A stretch of DNA of 64,000 nt from Eubacteriales bacterium. GTDB taxonomy: Bacteria > Bacillota > Clostridia > Oscillospirales > CAG-272. The DNA lies in contig JAZUKN010000039.1 in the NCBI GenBank assembly GCA_045643285.1, positions 13,770 to 77,769 of the forward strand, in the 5' to 3' direction. Under the pieces are notes generated by a model. That model saw nothing but the letters and a program-made list of their open reading frames with translations, had not been told where the DNA came from and did not search any database. Shown one piece after another: positions 18,276 to 28,203 of this stretch. The position numbers were made by a program, and so were the translations under genes. Numbering within the stretch: position 1 is the first letter of the stretch; each line of letters opens with the position of its first letter.

Positions 18276-19325
18276 ATGGGACTTACAATAGAAGCCGTCA
18301 TAATCGGAATACTGATCTTCGGCTTTCTCATTTTCATTCACGAATTCGGGCATTATCTGGCGGCGCGCAAATTCGGCGTTACGATAAAGGAATTTGCGAT
18401 AGGCATGGGTCCGAAGCTCGTCACGAAAAAGTCAAAAAAGACGGGGATCGCGTACTCGCTCCGCCTGTTCCCTATCGGCGGCTTTGTCGCCATGGAGGGA
18501 GAGGACGAAACCTCCGACGACGACAACGCATTCTACAAGAAACCCGTCTGGCAGAGGATAATCATAACCGCCGCAGGTGCGTTCATGAATCTGTTTGTCG
18601 GCGTGCTTGTGATGTTCATACTCGTCGCGGCGACAAAGGATCCGCTTCCGTCGGCAACGGTAGCTGAGTTCTCGTACAACGAAAACGGCGTGTGCTATGC
18701 CGAAAGCGCGGGACTGCGGCTCGACGACAAAATCACGGCGATCGACGGCACTCCGGTACACATCGGAAACGAAATGATCTACGAGATCATGCGTAAGGGG
18801 ATAGAGCCTATCGACATCACGGTACAGCGCGACGGCGAAAAAGTCGTCATTGAGAACGTGCTCTTCCCGACTGAGGAAGAAGAGGGAGTCGTGTTCGGCA
18901 CTATCGACTTCCGCGTTTACGCTGAGCGGCGCACCGTCCTCACAGTCCTGAAGCACGCATTCTTCCGCTCGACCTCAACGATAAAAATGATATGGGAGTC
19001 GCTCATCGACCTCATCACGGGACGGTACGGCATCGACGCGGTGTCCGGTCCCGTAGGAGTCACGGAAGCACTCGGCGAGGCGGCTAAATCGGGAGTCGGC
19101 GACTTATGCTATCTCGCTGTCGTCATCTCGATGAATCTCGGCGTATTCAACCTGCTTCCGCTTCCGGCACTCGACGGCGGACGGCTTCTTTTCCAGTTCA
19201 TTGAGCTGATTTTCCGCAAACCCGTGAAAAAGGAAGTCGAGGGGTACATCCACTTTGCAGGCTTTGTACTGCTCATGATACTGAGCGCACTTATTATGAT
19301 AAAAGATATTGTAAAACTGTTCTGA
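18276..19325 (+). CDS. rseP: RIP metalloprotease RseP/RasP (M50 with PDZ)
   Basis: 349 aa with HEFGHYLAA, a central PDZ-like segment and FNLLPLPALDGG. Confidence 0.9.
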   Translation: MGLTIEAVIIGILIFGFLIFIHEFGHYLAARKFGVTIKEFAIGMGPKLVTKKSKKTGIAYSLRLFPIGGFVAMEGEDETSDDDNAFYKKPVWQRIIITAAGAFMNLFVGVLVMFILVAATKDPLPSATVAEFSYNENGVCYAESAGLRLDDKITAIDGTPVHIGNEMIYEIMRKGIEPIDITVQRDGEKVVIENVLFPTEEEEGVVFGTIDFRVYAERRTVLTVLKHAFFRSTSTIKMIWESLIDLITGRYGIDAVSGPVGVTEALGEAAKSGVGDLCYLAVVISMNLGVFNLLPLPALDGGRLLFQFIELIFRKPVKKEVEGYIHFAGFVLLMILSALIMIKDIVKLF

Positions 19326-19334
19326 GGTATAAAA

Positions 19335-20417
19335 ATGGCTGAAATCACAAGACGGCAGACGCGGCGTGTAAAGGTCGGCGGTCTGTATATCGGAGGAGGG
19401 GAACGGATAACGGTACAGTCGATGACGAACCGTCCTGCCCACGACTTTGACGGCACTGTCGCGCAGATTAAATCCCTTGAATCGACTGGCGCGGACATCG
19501 TGCGGCTTGCCGTACCCGATGAAGAATGTGCGGAGGCGTTTTCCGTCGCAAAAAAAGCCGGAGTACGCTGTCCACTCGTTGCCGACATACATTTCGACTA
19601 CAAGATCGCGCTTGCTTCCCTTAAAGCAGGCGCGGACAAGATCCGCATAAACCCCGGCAACATAGGAGAGCGGTGGAAAGTCAAAGAAGTCGCAGACGCC
19701 TGCCGACTGTCGGGCGTTCCGATAAGGATAGGCGTAAACGGCGGCTCGCTTGATAAGCAGTTGTTACATAAATACGGCGCACCGACTGCCGAAGCACTCG
19801 CAGAATCCGCGCTCGAAGAAGCAGGCGCACTCGAAGACTGCGGATTTTCGGATATAGTCATCTCGATAAAATCGTCGTCCGTTCACGAAATGGTGCGCGC
19901 GGCGCGGCTCGTCGCAAAAGATACCGACTACCCGCTCCACCTCGGCGTGACGGAAGCCGGTGACGACTATTCGGGACTTATCAAAAATTCAGCCGGTATC
20001 GGCGCACTCCTGCTCGACGGGATAGGCGACACGATCCGCGTTTCGCTGACCGCCGATCCGACGGAAGAGATCCGCGCCGGACGTGAGCTTCTTTCCCTGC
20101 TCGGACTGACCGACGGAGGAATCGAAATCGTCTCCTGCCCGACCTGCGGAAGAACGAAGATAGACCTCATCGGCATCGAAAAAGCGTACAAGGCGGCAGT
20201 GTCGTCGATCGACACGCACGGGAAACGGATCAAGGTCGCGGTAATGGGATGCGCAGTAAACGGTCCCGGAGAAGCCAGAGAAGCGGACTTCGGAATCGCA
20301 GGAGGCGACGGATTCGTCCTGTACTTCAAAAACGGCGAGCCGCAGTACAAGGTCGACGAAGACAAAGCCGTTGAATTTCTCGTCGGTGAGACGAAAAAAG
20401 CACTCGAAAACTTATAA
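19335..20417 (+). CDS. ispG: 4-hydroxy-3-methylbut-2-en-1-yl diphosphate synthase
   Basis: 360 aa with VQSMTN, RINPGN, IGVNGGSL, CPTCGR and GCAVNGPGE. Confidence 0.95.
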   Translation: MAEITRRQTRRVKVGGLYIGGGERITVQSMTNRPAHDFDGTVAQIKSLESTGADIVRLAVPDEECAEAFSVAKKAGVRCPLVADIHFDYKIALASLKAGADKIRINPGNIGERWKVKEVADACRLSGVPIRIGVNGGSLDKQLLHKYGAPTAEALAESALEEAGALEDCGFSDIVISIKSSSVHEMVRAARLVAKDTDYPLHLGVTEAGDDYSGLIKNSAGIGALLLDGIGDTIRVSLTADPTEEIRAGRELLSLLGLTDGGIEIVSCPTCGRTKIDLIGIEKAYKAAVSSIDTHGKRIKVAVMGCAVNGPGEAREADFGIAGGDGFVLYFKNGEPQYKVDEDKAVEFLVGETKKALENL

Positions 20418-20498
20418 GATTAAATATAACTAAAGCGCACCGGTCTGCCGGCTCTGCCAAATTGCGATCGGTGCGGGATCATTACGGGAGAAAACAAA

Positions 20499-23400
20499 AT
20501 GTCGGAAAACACACGCTCGCTCGGTGATATATTCAAAAAAGTCGCGCCCACTCTTTCGGGTTCAGCACGCGAGATCTTTGACACGGCGACAGAGATACAG
20601 CTTAAAATCAGCCGCGAAGCCAAAATCGCGGAGATAAGCTGCGCTCTGCCGCGTATTTTCACAAAGCGCGAGATTTACGCGCTCGAAAACATCATAAAAG
20701 AAATATACGAGCTGAACACAGTCCGCATCCTGCCGCGCTATCCGTCCGAGCTTTTTTCACTCGACTACATGGGCGACGTTTTCGCGGAAGCCGGACGGGT
20801 CGGCGTCGTTGCAAACGGCTTTTTCGACAAATACGAGCTTAAAGAGGACGGAGAAAAGATTATTGTATCAATTCCGTTCTCGTCGGGCGGCATAAATCTG
20901 CTCGATCTTTCAAGGACGGCGAGCGTCATTGAGGGCATCATACGAAGCGAGTTCTCCCTGTCGTACAAAGTCGAGATAAAAAGCGGAGAGAACGCCGAAG
21001 AAGAATATGCGGCATATCTCGCGCATCAGCTCGCGGAGCTTAATTCCGCATCGGAATACATCTCAGCCGAGCACGACCGTCTCGTAAATGAAGCGGCTGA
21101 GGCGGCAAAGCGCGAAAAAGAAGAAAAAGAAGCCGCAAAAGCCGCTGTCCTTCCTCGTGTGCCGTCGCTGTTTGACGGAAGCGAAGACGCGGTTTTCGTC
21201 GAAGACGGCGTATACAAATGCGGCAAGATCACATTCGACTGTACTTCCCCCGAAGTCGTTTTCGGCGAGCAGTTTGAAGTGGTGAATCCCATTCCGCTCC
21301 GCTCGATAAAAACCACAATGAAGAACGCAGTGATCCTCTGCGAAGTCTTTGACGTTCAGCAGAAAGAAACGCGACGCGGCGACAAGATTATGTTCACCGT
21401 AGCCGTGACGGACAAGGATGCGTCCCTTTACATAAAAATGACCGTACCGCTTGAAGCCGCGCCGGACACGGAAACGCTCTTTTCAAAGGGCAAGGCGTAC
21501 GCTGTCCGCGGGAACATCAAGCGCGACACGTTCGACAACGATCTGTATATGCAGTACAGCGACATCATGCAGATAAGTGAGCGCGGACGCAAGGACAAGG
21601 CAGAAGAAAAGCGCGTGGAGCTTCATCTGCACACCGTTATGTCGGCAATGGACGCGACGATCCGCGCCGACGATATAGTCAAGACCGCCTACAAGTGGGG
21701 GCACAAGGCGATAGCGATAACAGACCACGGCAATCTCCAGTCCTTCCCCGTCGCTATGGAGGCGCGCGAAAAGCTCGAAAAGGACGATCCCGACCACCCG
21801 ATAAAGGTCATCTACGGTGTTGAGGCGTATTACGTCGACGACACGGCGCGCGCGGCTTACAAAGGAGAGGACGTGACGTTCGACGACGAGTTCGCAGTCT
21901 TCGACATCGAGACGACGGGACTTTCCGCCGCAACGTGCAAGATAACCGAGATCGGCGCTGTCATCATGAGAAACGGCGAAGTGCTGTCGAAGTTCAACAC
22001 GTTCGTCGATCCCGAATGCCACATTCCCGAAAATATCACAGAGCTGACGGGCATCACCGACGAAATGGTCGCAGGCGCGCCGTCCGTCAAGGAAGCACTC
22101 GACGCTTTCTTCTCGTTCGTCGGGAAGCGTATGCTCGTCGCGCACAATGCGGCGTTCGACACGGGCTTCATCAGATACGCGGCGGAACAGAACGGTATGC
22201 CGTTTGAGAATCCGTACCTTGACACGCTCGCCATGTCGAGATATATGAATCCGACGCTCAAGAATCACAAGCTCGACACCCTCGCAAAGCACTACAACCT
22301 CGGCGACTTCAACCACCACCGTGCATCCGACGACGCCGAAATGCTCGCGCTCATCTTCGCCGAAATGATAGCGCGTCTCAAGGAAGAGGGCATCGACACT
22401 ATTTCCAGAATGAACTTCGCCATGGCTGAAAAAGCCGATCCGCTGAAGCTCAAGCCGTATCATCAGATAATCCTCGTAAAGAATCAGGTCGGACTGAAAA
22501 ACCTATACAAGCTCGTGTCCGATTCGTTTCTCAAATATTATCACCGCAATCCGCGCGTTCCGAGGACACGGCTTGAAGAGCTGAGAGAAGGGCTTATCCT
22601 CGGCTCGGCGTGTGAAGCCGGTGAGCTTTTCACCGCCATGCTTGAAGGCAAGAGCGAAAACGACCTCATCGAGATAGCAAAATTCTACGATTATCTCGAA
22701 ATACAGCCGATCTCAAACAATGATTTCATGATAGCCGACGGAAAAGCAGCCGACGAGGAAGCGCTCCGCAATTTCAACCGCCGTATAGTTGAGATCGGCA
22801 AAAAAGCAGGCAGACCGGTCTGCGCCACCTGCGACGCGCACTACAAGAACCCCGAAGACGAGATATACCGCCGCGTCATTCTCTCCGGCAGAGGTTTTGC
22901 CGACGCCGACAGGATAACGAAGCTCTATTTCCGCACGACGGAAGAAATGCTCGAAGAATTTTCGTACCTCGGCGAAGAAACCGCGCGCGAGGTCGTCATC
23001 ACAAACCCGAACAAAATAGCGGATATGATAGATTTCGTCCGACCTATCCCGAAAGGAAACTATCCTCCACACATCGACGGCGCGGAAGAAGAGCTGACGG
23101 ACAAATGCTGGTCGCTCGCCAAAGAAATGTACGGCGATCCGCTCCCCGAAGTCGTCTCCGCGCGGCTGAAGAGGGAGCTTGACGCAATCATCTCAAACGG
23201 CTACGCCATAATGTACATCATCGCGCGAAAGCTCGTTGAGAACAGCGAATCGAAAGGCTACCAGGTGGGATCGCGTGGCTCGGTCGGCTCGTCGTTCGCG
23301 GCAACAATGGGCGGTATCACAAGGGTAAATCCCCTGCCGCCGCACTACCGCTGTCCGAAATGCAAATGGTCGCAGTTCTTCACCGAGGGTGAATACGGCT

Positions 23401-24947
23401 CAGGATTTGATATGCCGCCGAAAAACTGTCCGGAATGCGGTACGCTCTGCCTCCAGGACGGTCACGACATCCCGTTTGAGACATTCCTCGGCTTCTACGG
23501 CGACAAAGTTCCCGACATTGACCTCAACTTCTCGGGCGACGTACAGGGCGACGCGCACAAGTTCACCGAAGTCCTGTTCGGTACCGGAAAAGCGTTCAAA
23601 GCCGGCACTATAGGCACGCTCGCCGACAAGACCGCTTACGGATACATCCTCCACTACCTCGACGAAAAAGGCATCTCGCTGAACAGAGCGGAGGTCGACC
23701 GTCTCGTATCCGGCTGTGTCGGCACAAAGCGCACGACGGGACAGCACCCGGGCGGCGTTATCGTCGTACCGCGCGAATACGAGATATACGACTTCTCTCC
23801 CGTCCAGCATCCGGCGGAAGACCCGAACAGCGACATCGTAACGACGCACTTCGAGTTCAAATACCTGCACGACACGATATTGAAGCTCGACATACTCGGT
23901 CACGATATTCCGACGAAATACAAAAGGCTTGAAGAATACTCCGGCACGTCGGTGCTTGACGTGCCGATGAGCGATCCTGCGATATACCGTGGCTTCACGA
24001 CTACCGAGCCTATCGGAGTCACTCCCGAACAGATCGACAGCCAGACGTCCACCCTCGGAATGCCGGAGCTCGGCACGCGCTTCATCCGCGGCGTTCTTAT
24101 GAAAGCACAGCCGAAGACATTCGCCGACCTGTTACAGATACAGGGGCTCACGCACGGTACGGGCTGTTGGCTCGGCAACGCGGAAGAGCTTATAGATCAG
24201 AAGATCTGCACGATTTCCGAAGTAATCGGGTGCCGTGACGACATTATGATGACGCTTATCCACAAGTATCACATGGAAAAAGCGCTGTCGTTCAAGATAA
24301 TGGAGTTCGTCCGCAAAAACAAAAAAGGTCTACCGATCCCCGACGAAATGCAGTCGGCGATGCGTGAGGCAGGAGTACCCGACTGGTACATCGACTCACT
24401 GCAGAAGATCAGATATATGTTCCCGAAAGCCCACGCCGCCGCCTACGCCATGGACGCTATCCGGCTGATGTGGTACAAGATATACTACCCCGTCGAGTTC
24501 TACGGTGCGTATTTCACAGCCGCACCCGACGGATTTGACGGAGAGCTTGTCATGGGCGGAAAGCAGTTCGTCCGCGACACGCTTACCGATATGACGAAGC
24601 GGCGCAACGAGTTGTCGGCAAAGGAAGCGGACGTACTCGACGCGTTGATGCTCGTGAACGAATACTACCAGCGCGGATACGACTTCCTGCCGGTGGACGT
24701 ACACAAGTCCCACGCGACGAAATTCGTTCCCGAAAACGGCAAGATACGGCTTCCGTTCATTTCGCTCCCGGGACTCGGCATTTCGGCGGCTGAAAGCATA
24801 ATGAACACAATGGCTGACGGCTCGGTCTTCTCGGTAGACGAACTACAGTCAAAGGCGAAAGTTTCAAAGAGCGTGCTTGAGTTGCTCGAAAAGAACGGTG
24901 CACTTAAAGGAATGTCGAAAACGAATCAGCTCTCGCTCTTCGGCTGA
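20499..24947 (+). CDS. polC: DNA polymerase III PolC (Gram-positive type alpha subunit with 3'-5' exonuclease)
   Basis: 1482 aa. It has a PHP domain (ELHLHT), an exonuclease insert (FDIETTG...HNAAFD...HRASDDA), a zinc module CPKC..CPEC and the polymerase core. Confidence 0.97.
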   Translation: MSENTRSLGDIFKKVAPTLSGSAREIFDTATEIQLKISREAKIAEISCALPRIFTKREIYALENIIKEIYELNTVRILPRYPSELFSLDYMGDVFAEAGRVGVVANGFFDKYELKEDGEKIIVSIPFSSGGINLLDLSRTASVIEGIIRSEFSLSYKVEIKSGENAEEEYAAYLAHQLAELNSASEYISAEHDRLVNEAAEAAKREKEEKEAAKAAVLPRVPSLFDGSEDAVFVEDGVYKCGKITFDCTSPEVVFGEQFEVVNPIPLRSIKTTMKNAVILCEVFDVQQKETRRGDKIMFTVAVTDKDASLYIKMTVPLEAAPDTETLFSKGKAYAVRGNIKRDTFDNDLYMQYSDIMQISERGRKDKAEEKRVELHLHTVMSAMDATIRADDIVKTAYKWGHKAIAITDHGNLQSFPVAMEAREKLEKDDPDHPIKVIYGVEAYYVDDTARAAYKGEDVTFDDEFAVFDIETTGLSAATCKITEIGAVIMRNGEVLSKFNTFVDPECHIPENITELTGITDEMVAGAPSVKEALDAFFSFVGKRMLVAHNAAFDTGFIRYAAEQNGMPFENPYLDTLAMSRYMNPTLKNHKLDTLAKHYNLGDFNHHRASDDAEMLALIFAEMIARLKEEGIDTISRMNFAMAEKADPLKLKPYHQIILVKNQVGLKNLYKLVSDSFLKYYHRNPRVPRTRLEELREGLILGSACEAGELFTAMLEGKSENDLIEIAKFYDYLEIQPISNNDFMIADGKAADEEALRNFNRRIVEIGKKAGRPVCATCDAHYKNPEDEIYRRVILSGRGFADADRITKLYFRTTEEMLEEFSYLGEETAREVVITNPNKIADMIDFVRPIPKGNYPPHIDGAEEELTDKCWSLAKEMYGDPLPEVVSARLKRELDAIISNGYAIMYIIARKLVENSESKGYQVGSRGSVGSSFAATMGGITRVNPLPPHYRCPKCKWSQFFTEGEYGSGFDMPPKNCPECGTLCLQDGHDIPFETFLGFYGDKVPDIDLNFSGDVQGDAHKFTEVLFGTGKAFKAGTIGTLADKTAYGYILHYLDEKGISLNRAEVDRLVSGCVGTKRTTGQHPGGVIVVPREYEIYDFSPVQHPAEDPNSDIVTTHFEFKYLHDTILKLDILGHDIPTKYKRLEEYSGTSVLDVPMSDPAIYRGFTTTEPIGVTPEQIDSQTSTLGMPELGTRFIRGVLMKAQPKTFADLLQIQGLTHGTGCWLGNAEELIDQKICTISEVIGCRDDIMMTLIHKYHMEKALSFKIMEFVRKNKKGLPIPDEMQSAMREAGVPDWYIDSLQKIRYMFPKAHAAAYAMDAIRLMWYKIYYPVEFYGAYFTAAPDGFDGELVMGGKQFVRDTLTDMTKRRNELSAKEADVLDALMLVNEYYQRGYDFLPVDVHKSHATKFVPENGKIRLPFISLPGLGISAAESIMNTMADGSVFSVDELQSKAKVSKSVLELLEKNGALKGMSKTNQLSLFG

Positions 24948-24978
24948 TAAACAAAGGAAAGGCAAAAGGAATAATAAA

Positions 24979-25713
24979 ATGCCCGGGATCGGTACTATAG
25001 TAAATGTGGCGGCAGTCGTTGTCGGGTCACTCATCGGAATGATAACGCACAACGCGCTCCCCGAAAAGCTGCAAAACACGCTGATGAAAGCGCTCGGCGT
25101 AGCGATAATGTTCGTCGGTATCTCGTCAACGCTCGGCGAAATGCTTGTGGTCGGCGACGGCGGACGGCTCAGTGTAAACGGCACGATGCTCATGATAATC
25201 TCGCTCGTCATCGGCACTGTGATCGGCGAGCTTATCGACATAGAAGCGGCTCTCGAGCGGCTCGGAGACAGGATAAAAACGCTCAAACCGTTCAGAAACG
25301 CGGGACGCTTCACCGAGGGATTCGTTTCGTCGACCTTGCTCATCTGCATAGGCGCTATGGCGATAGTCGGCTCGATCCGCGACGGGATCAACCACGACCC
25401 GACGATGCTGTACTCAAAATCCATACTCGACTTTGTATCAACAATGGTATTTGCGTCGACTATGGGAGTCGGCGTGCTGTTCTCCGCAGTTCCGCTCGGC
25501 ATATATCAAGGCTTGATCACGCTGGTTGCCGCGCTTGTGGGAACGCACTTCATGCCGGACACAATGGTATCGGATCTGTCGCTCGTCGGCTCGGTACTGA
25601 TATTTGCGATAGGAATAAATATGTTCTTCGGGAAGAAAGTCAAGGTCGGGAATATGCTCCCGTCGCTGATAGTACCGATAGTGTACGGGGTTGCGGTGGC
25701 TTTAGTAAAGTAA
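24979..25713 (+). CDS. DUF554 family membrane protein
   Basis: 244 aa from ATG 24979. GIGTIVNVAAVVVGSLIG... and the multi-TM profile are typical of YdfK/YqgA-like DUF554. Confidence 0.7.
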   Translation: MPGIGTIVNVAAVVVGSLIGMITHNALPEKLQNTLMKALGVAIMFVGISSTLGEMLVVGDGGRLSVNGTMLMIISLVIGTVIGELIDIEAALERLGDRIKTLKPFRNAGRFTEGFVSSTLLICIGAMAIVGSIRDGINHDPTMLYSKSILDFVSTMVFASTMGVGVLFSAVPLGIYQGLITLVAALVGTHFMPDTMVSDLSLVGSVLIFAIGINMFFGKKVKVGNMLPSLIVPIVYGVAVALVK

Positions 25714-25715
25714 AA

Positions 25716-25930
25716 CAAAAAAGGAAGAAAACGTCGAGGCGTTTTCTTCCTTTTTTATGATATGCGTATGAATACGCGGACGGCGCGTTTTATCCAAACC
25801 TAACGTTTGGCGGCGGGGATGTCCTACGCGGACGGCGGACAAGAGCGTACCGCGACGCTCTTGTCAATCACCGCGCTTAGGGGGAAGGTCGCTTCGCTCT
25901 ATTCCCCCTAAGAACCCCTTTGTTGCAGAG
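25716..25930 (-). repeat. hairpin-array element, R5 left arm (inverted)
   Basis: Contains A 25723-25750 (which doubles as the DUF554 gene terminator), I 25794-25810, G 25838-25865, H 25876-25912 and inverted F 25915-25928. Confidence 0.85.
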
Positions 25931-26042
25931 TAAATGCAAAACAAAAGTACAACCTATCATTTACTATCGATTAAGTTTTACTTTATAATGAGCGGCAGCG
26001 CGCTATTACCTCACAGGTTAAATCCTCGAACACGTCGCACTC
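25931..26042 (+). repeat. conserved core between head-to-head arms (copy 1 of 2)
   Basis: atcatttaNtaNcgattaagttNtNctttataatgagcggcagcgcgct...taaatcctc...gtcgca is shared with 51905-52016. It contains TTACTA, a 17-nt spacer and TATAAT. Confidence 0.75.
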
Positions 26043-26535
26043 GCTTTGTAACAAGAGGAGTCCAACCGAGATGCGGAGCATCTCGACGACTTCGTTTACG
26101 AAGTCGGGAGGCGTGAATAGAGCTTGCTCCTTCCCCCTTTGGCGAGTAGATTGACAAGAAGGTGACGGTCTGCCTCACCGAGATGCGGAGCATCTCGTCG
26201 AGTTCACGGAGTGAACTCGGCTTGTGCGCCCCACGCGCAGTGGAAAAGAATTATTTGAAAACGTCCACGACGTTTTCTTCCTTTTGCCTATTTGAAGTGT
26301 GTGCTAATCCGCGGCGGGAGTAACGTGTATACATACGCCCTGCCCTACAGTATAGAGGGGAAGTATCGTGCAAAGCCGTGAGATTTGTGCGGTTTTATTC
26401 GGTAGGAGGGGGAACCCCTCTCCTACGGCATATAGAGGTGTGGTTTCGTGCGAAGCCGAAAAAACAGTGATACGCTCCGCGTAACGATGATCGCGCATCG
26501 CGCAAACGAAAAATTCCGCGGAATTTTTTATTTTC
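26043..26535 (+). repeat. hairpin-array element, R5 right arm (direct)
   Basis: Contains F 26044-26058, D 26066-26085, E 26088-26105, D 26178-26197, C 26199-26219, B 26229-26243, A 26257-26277, two J units (26306-26390 and 26391-26456) and tail micro-repeats at 26466-26530. Confidence 0.85.
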
Positions 26536-26582
26536 CCTCCGCATATAGTTGAGTGATAAAAAATCACTCTACCATGCGGAGG
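26536..26582 (+). promoter_or_regulatory. leader hairpin pairing with the spoIVA Shine-Dalgarno
   Basis: cctccgcat (26536-26544) pairs with atgcggagg (26574-26582), which contains the GGAGG 7 nt before GTG 26590. An inner hairpin gagtgat-aaaaa-atcactc lies at 26551-26569. Confidence 0.4.
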
Positions 26583-26589
26583 TATTTTT

Positions 26590-28104
26590 GTGACTGACAC
26601 ATCAATTTACCGTGATATAAGCGGAAGAACAAACGGCGACATCTACATCGGAGTCGTCGGGCCCGTTCGCACAGGCAAAAGCACATTCATAAGGCGCTTT
26701 ATGGAAAACGCAGTCATCCCGAACATCGCCGAGCCGTCCGTGAAAGACCGCGCGACCGATGCACTTCCCCAGTCGTCCGGCGGCAGAAACGTTATGACTA
26801 CCGAGCCGAAATTCGTCCCCGAAACGGCAGTCGACGTCTCTTTCGGCGACGGAACAGAAGCAAAAATCAAGCTCATCGACTGCGTCGGCTATATGATTCC
26901 CTCGGCCGGAGGAGGCGGCGACGGCGGAGAAATGCGAAAAGTCCGCACTCCGTGGCACGACGAACCCGTACCGTTCGACGAAGCGGCTGAGTACGGCACA
27001 AAAAAAGTCATCACCGAGCATTCGACAGTCGGCATTCTCGTTACGACCGACGGCACGATCGGCGACATCCCGAGAGAAGACTACATCGCCGCCGAAGAGA
27101 GAGCCGCACGCGAACTCACCGAGCTCGGCAAGCCGTTCGTCATCGTCCTCAATTCCGCATACCCTTCATCTGACGACGCCGTTTCTCTCGCAATTTCTCT
27201 CGAAAACAAGTATTCCGCGCCCGTCGCATTGCTCTCATGCACAGAACTGAACGGCGAGGACGTGTGGCACATTTTCGATATGCTTCTCGAAGAATTTCCT
27301 GCAAAAGAAGTCGACGTGGTCCTTCCGCCGTGGACGGCAGTGCTTCCGTCGTCGCATCCACTGAAAACCGCCATACGCGACGCGGTAGTCCGTTCTTCCG
27401 ATGAGGTGAAACGACTGCGCGATGTACGCGAATCGTTCGCTCCGTCGCTCGGCGAAAAGCTGTCGTCCTCCGTCGTCGATTTCGGTGATTACATCGGCAA
27501 AACTTCCGTCTCCGTGCGCTCGTCGGATGCAGGTTCCGGCAAAACCGTCATCGACGTACGGCTTCCCGACGGGCTGTATTTTGACGTTATTTCCGAGATG
27601 AGCGGAATATCAATGAAGAACGAAACGGAGCTTCTTGAGGCCCTTATGCGGCTCTCAGAGGCTAAAAATGAGCTTGACAGGTATGAAGACGCGATCCGCG
27701 AGGTGAACGAAACGGGCTACGGAATAGTGATGCCCGACGAACGTTCGCTCTCACTCGAAGAGCCGGAAATAATCCGTCAGCAGGGCGGCTACGGCGTTAA
27801 ACTGCGCGCGTCCGCGTCGTCGATACACATGATAAAAACAAACATCGACACCGAGATAAACCCGATAGTCGGCACGGAAGCACAGTCCGAGGAAACAGTC
27901 AACTATCTGCTCAAGGAATTTGAAGACGATCCGGCGAGCATATGGGAATCGAACATCTTCGGACGGTCTTTATACGAGCTTGTGAACGACGGTCTGCGCT
28001 CAAAACTCGAACAGCTCCCGACAGACGCACGTGCAAAGTTCGGCGAAACGCTTTCAAGAGTGATAAACGAAGGTAGTCAGGGACTTATCTGCATTATTCT
28101 TTGA
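26590..28104 (+). CDS. spoIVA: stage IV sporulation protein A (spore coat morphogenetic ATPase)
   Basis: 504 aa with a GTG start. IYRDI..RT.GDIYIGVVGPVRTGKSTFI.RFME is the characteristic SpoIVA N-terminus with Walker A. Confidence 0.93.
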   Translation: MTDTSIYRDISGRTNGDIYIGVVGPVRTGKSTFIRRFMENAVIPNIAEPSVKDRATDALPQSSGGRNVMTTEPKFVPETAVDVSFGDGTEAKIKLIDCVGYMIPSAGGGGDGGEMRKVRTPWHDEPVPFDEAAEYGTKKVITEHSTVGILVTTDGTIGDIPREDYIAAEERAARELTELGKPFVIVLNSAYPSSDDAVSLAISLENKYSAPVALLSCTELNGEDVWHIFDMLLEEFPAKEVDVVLPPWTAVLPSSHPLKTAIRDAVVRSSDEVKRLRDVRESFAPSLGEKLSSSVVDFGDYIGKTSVSVRSSDAGSGKTVIDVRLPDGLYFDVISEMSGISMKNETELLEALMRLSEAKNELDRYEDAIREVNETGYGIVMPDERSLSLEEPEIIRQQGGYGVKLRASASSIHMIKTNIDTEINPIVGTEAQSEETVNYLLKEFEDDPASIWESNIFGRSLYELVNDGLRSKLEQLPTDARAKFGETLSRVINEGSQGLICIIL

Positions 28105-28144
28105 TCCTCAGTGACAAAACCGCCGAAATACCGCACTTTTGCTA

Positions 28145-28173
28145 TTGAAAAACCGTCCGAAATATGGTAGAAT
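28145..28173 (+). promoter_or_regulatory. candidate sigma-70 promoter
   Basis: TTGAAA, a 17-nt spacer and TGgTAGAAT (extended -10), 30 nt upstream of ATG 28204. Confidence 0.55.
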
Positions 28174-28203
28174 AAAATATAATCTTCATTTTAAGGACAC
28201 ACT

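Noticed and set aside
25716-26535. I considered whether the repeated palindromes form a CRISPR array.
   Set aside because: There is no single repeat of constant length at a regular period, no unique spacers of uniform size and no cas genes in the window. The modules are many different short hairpins in a fixed order.
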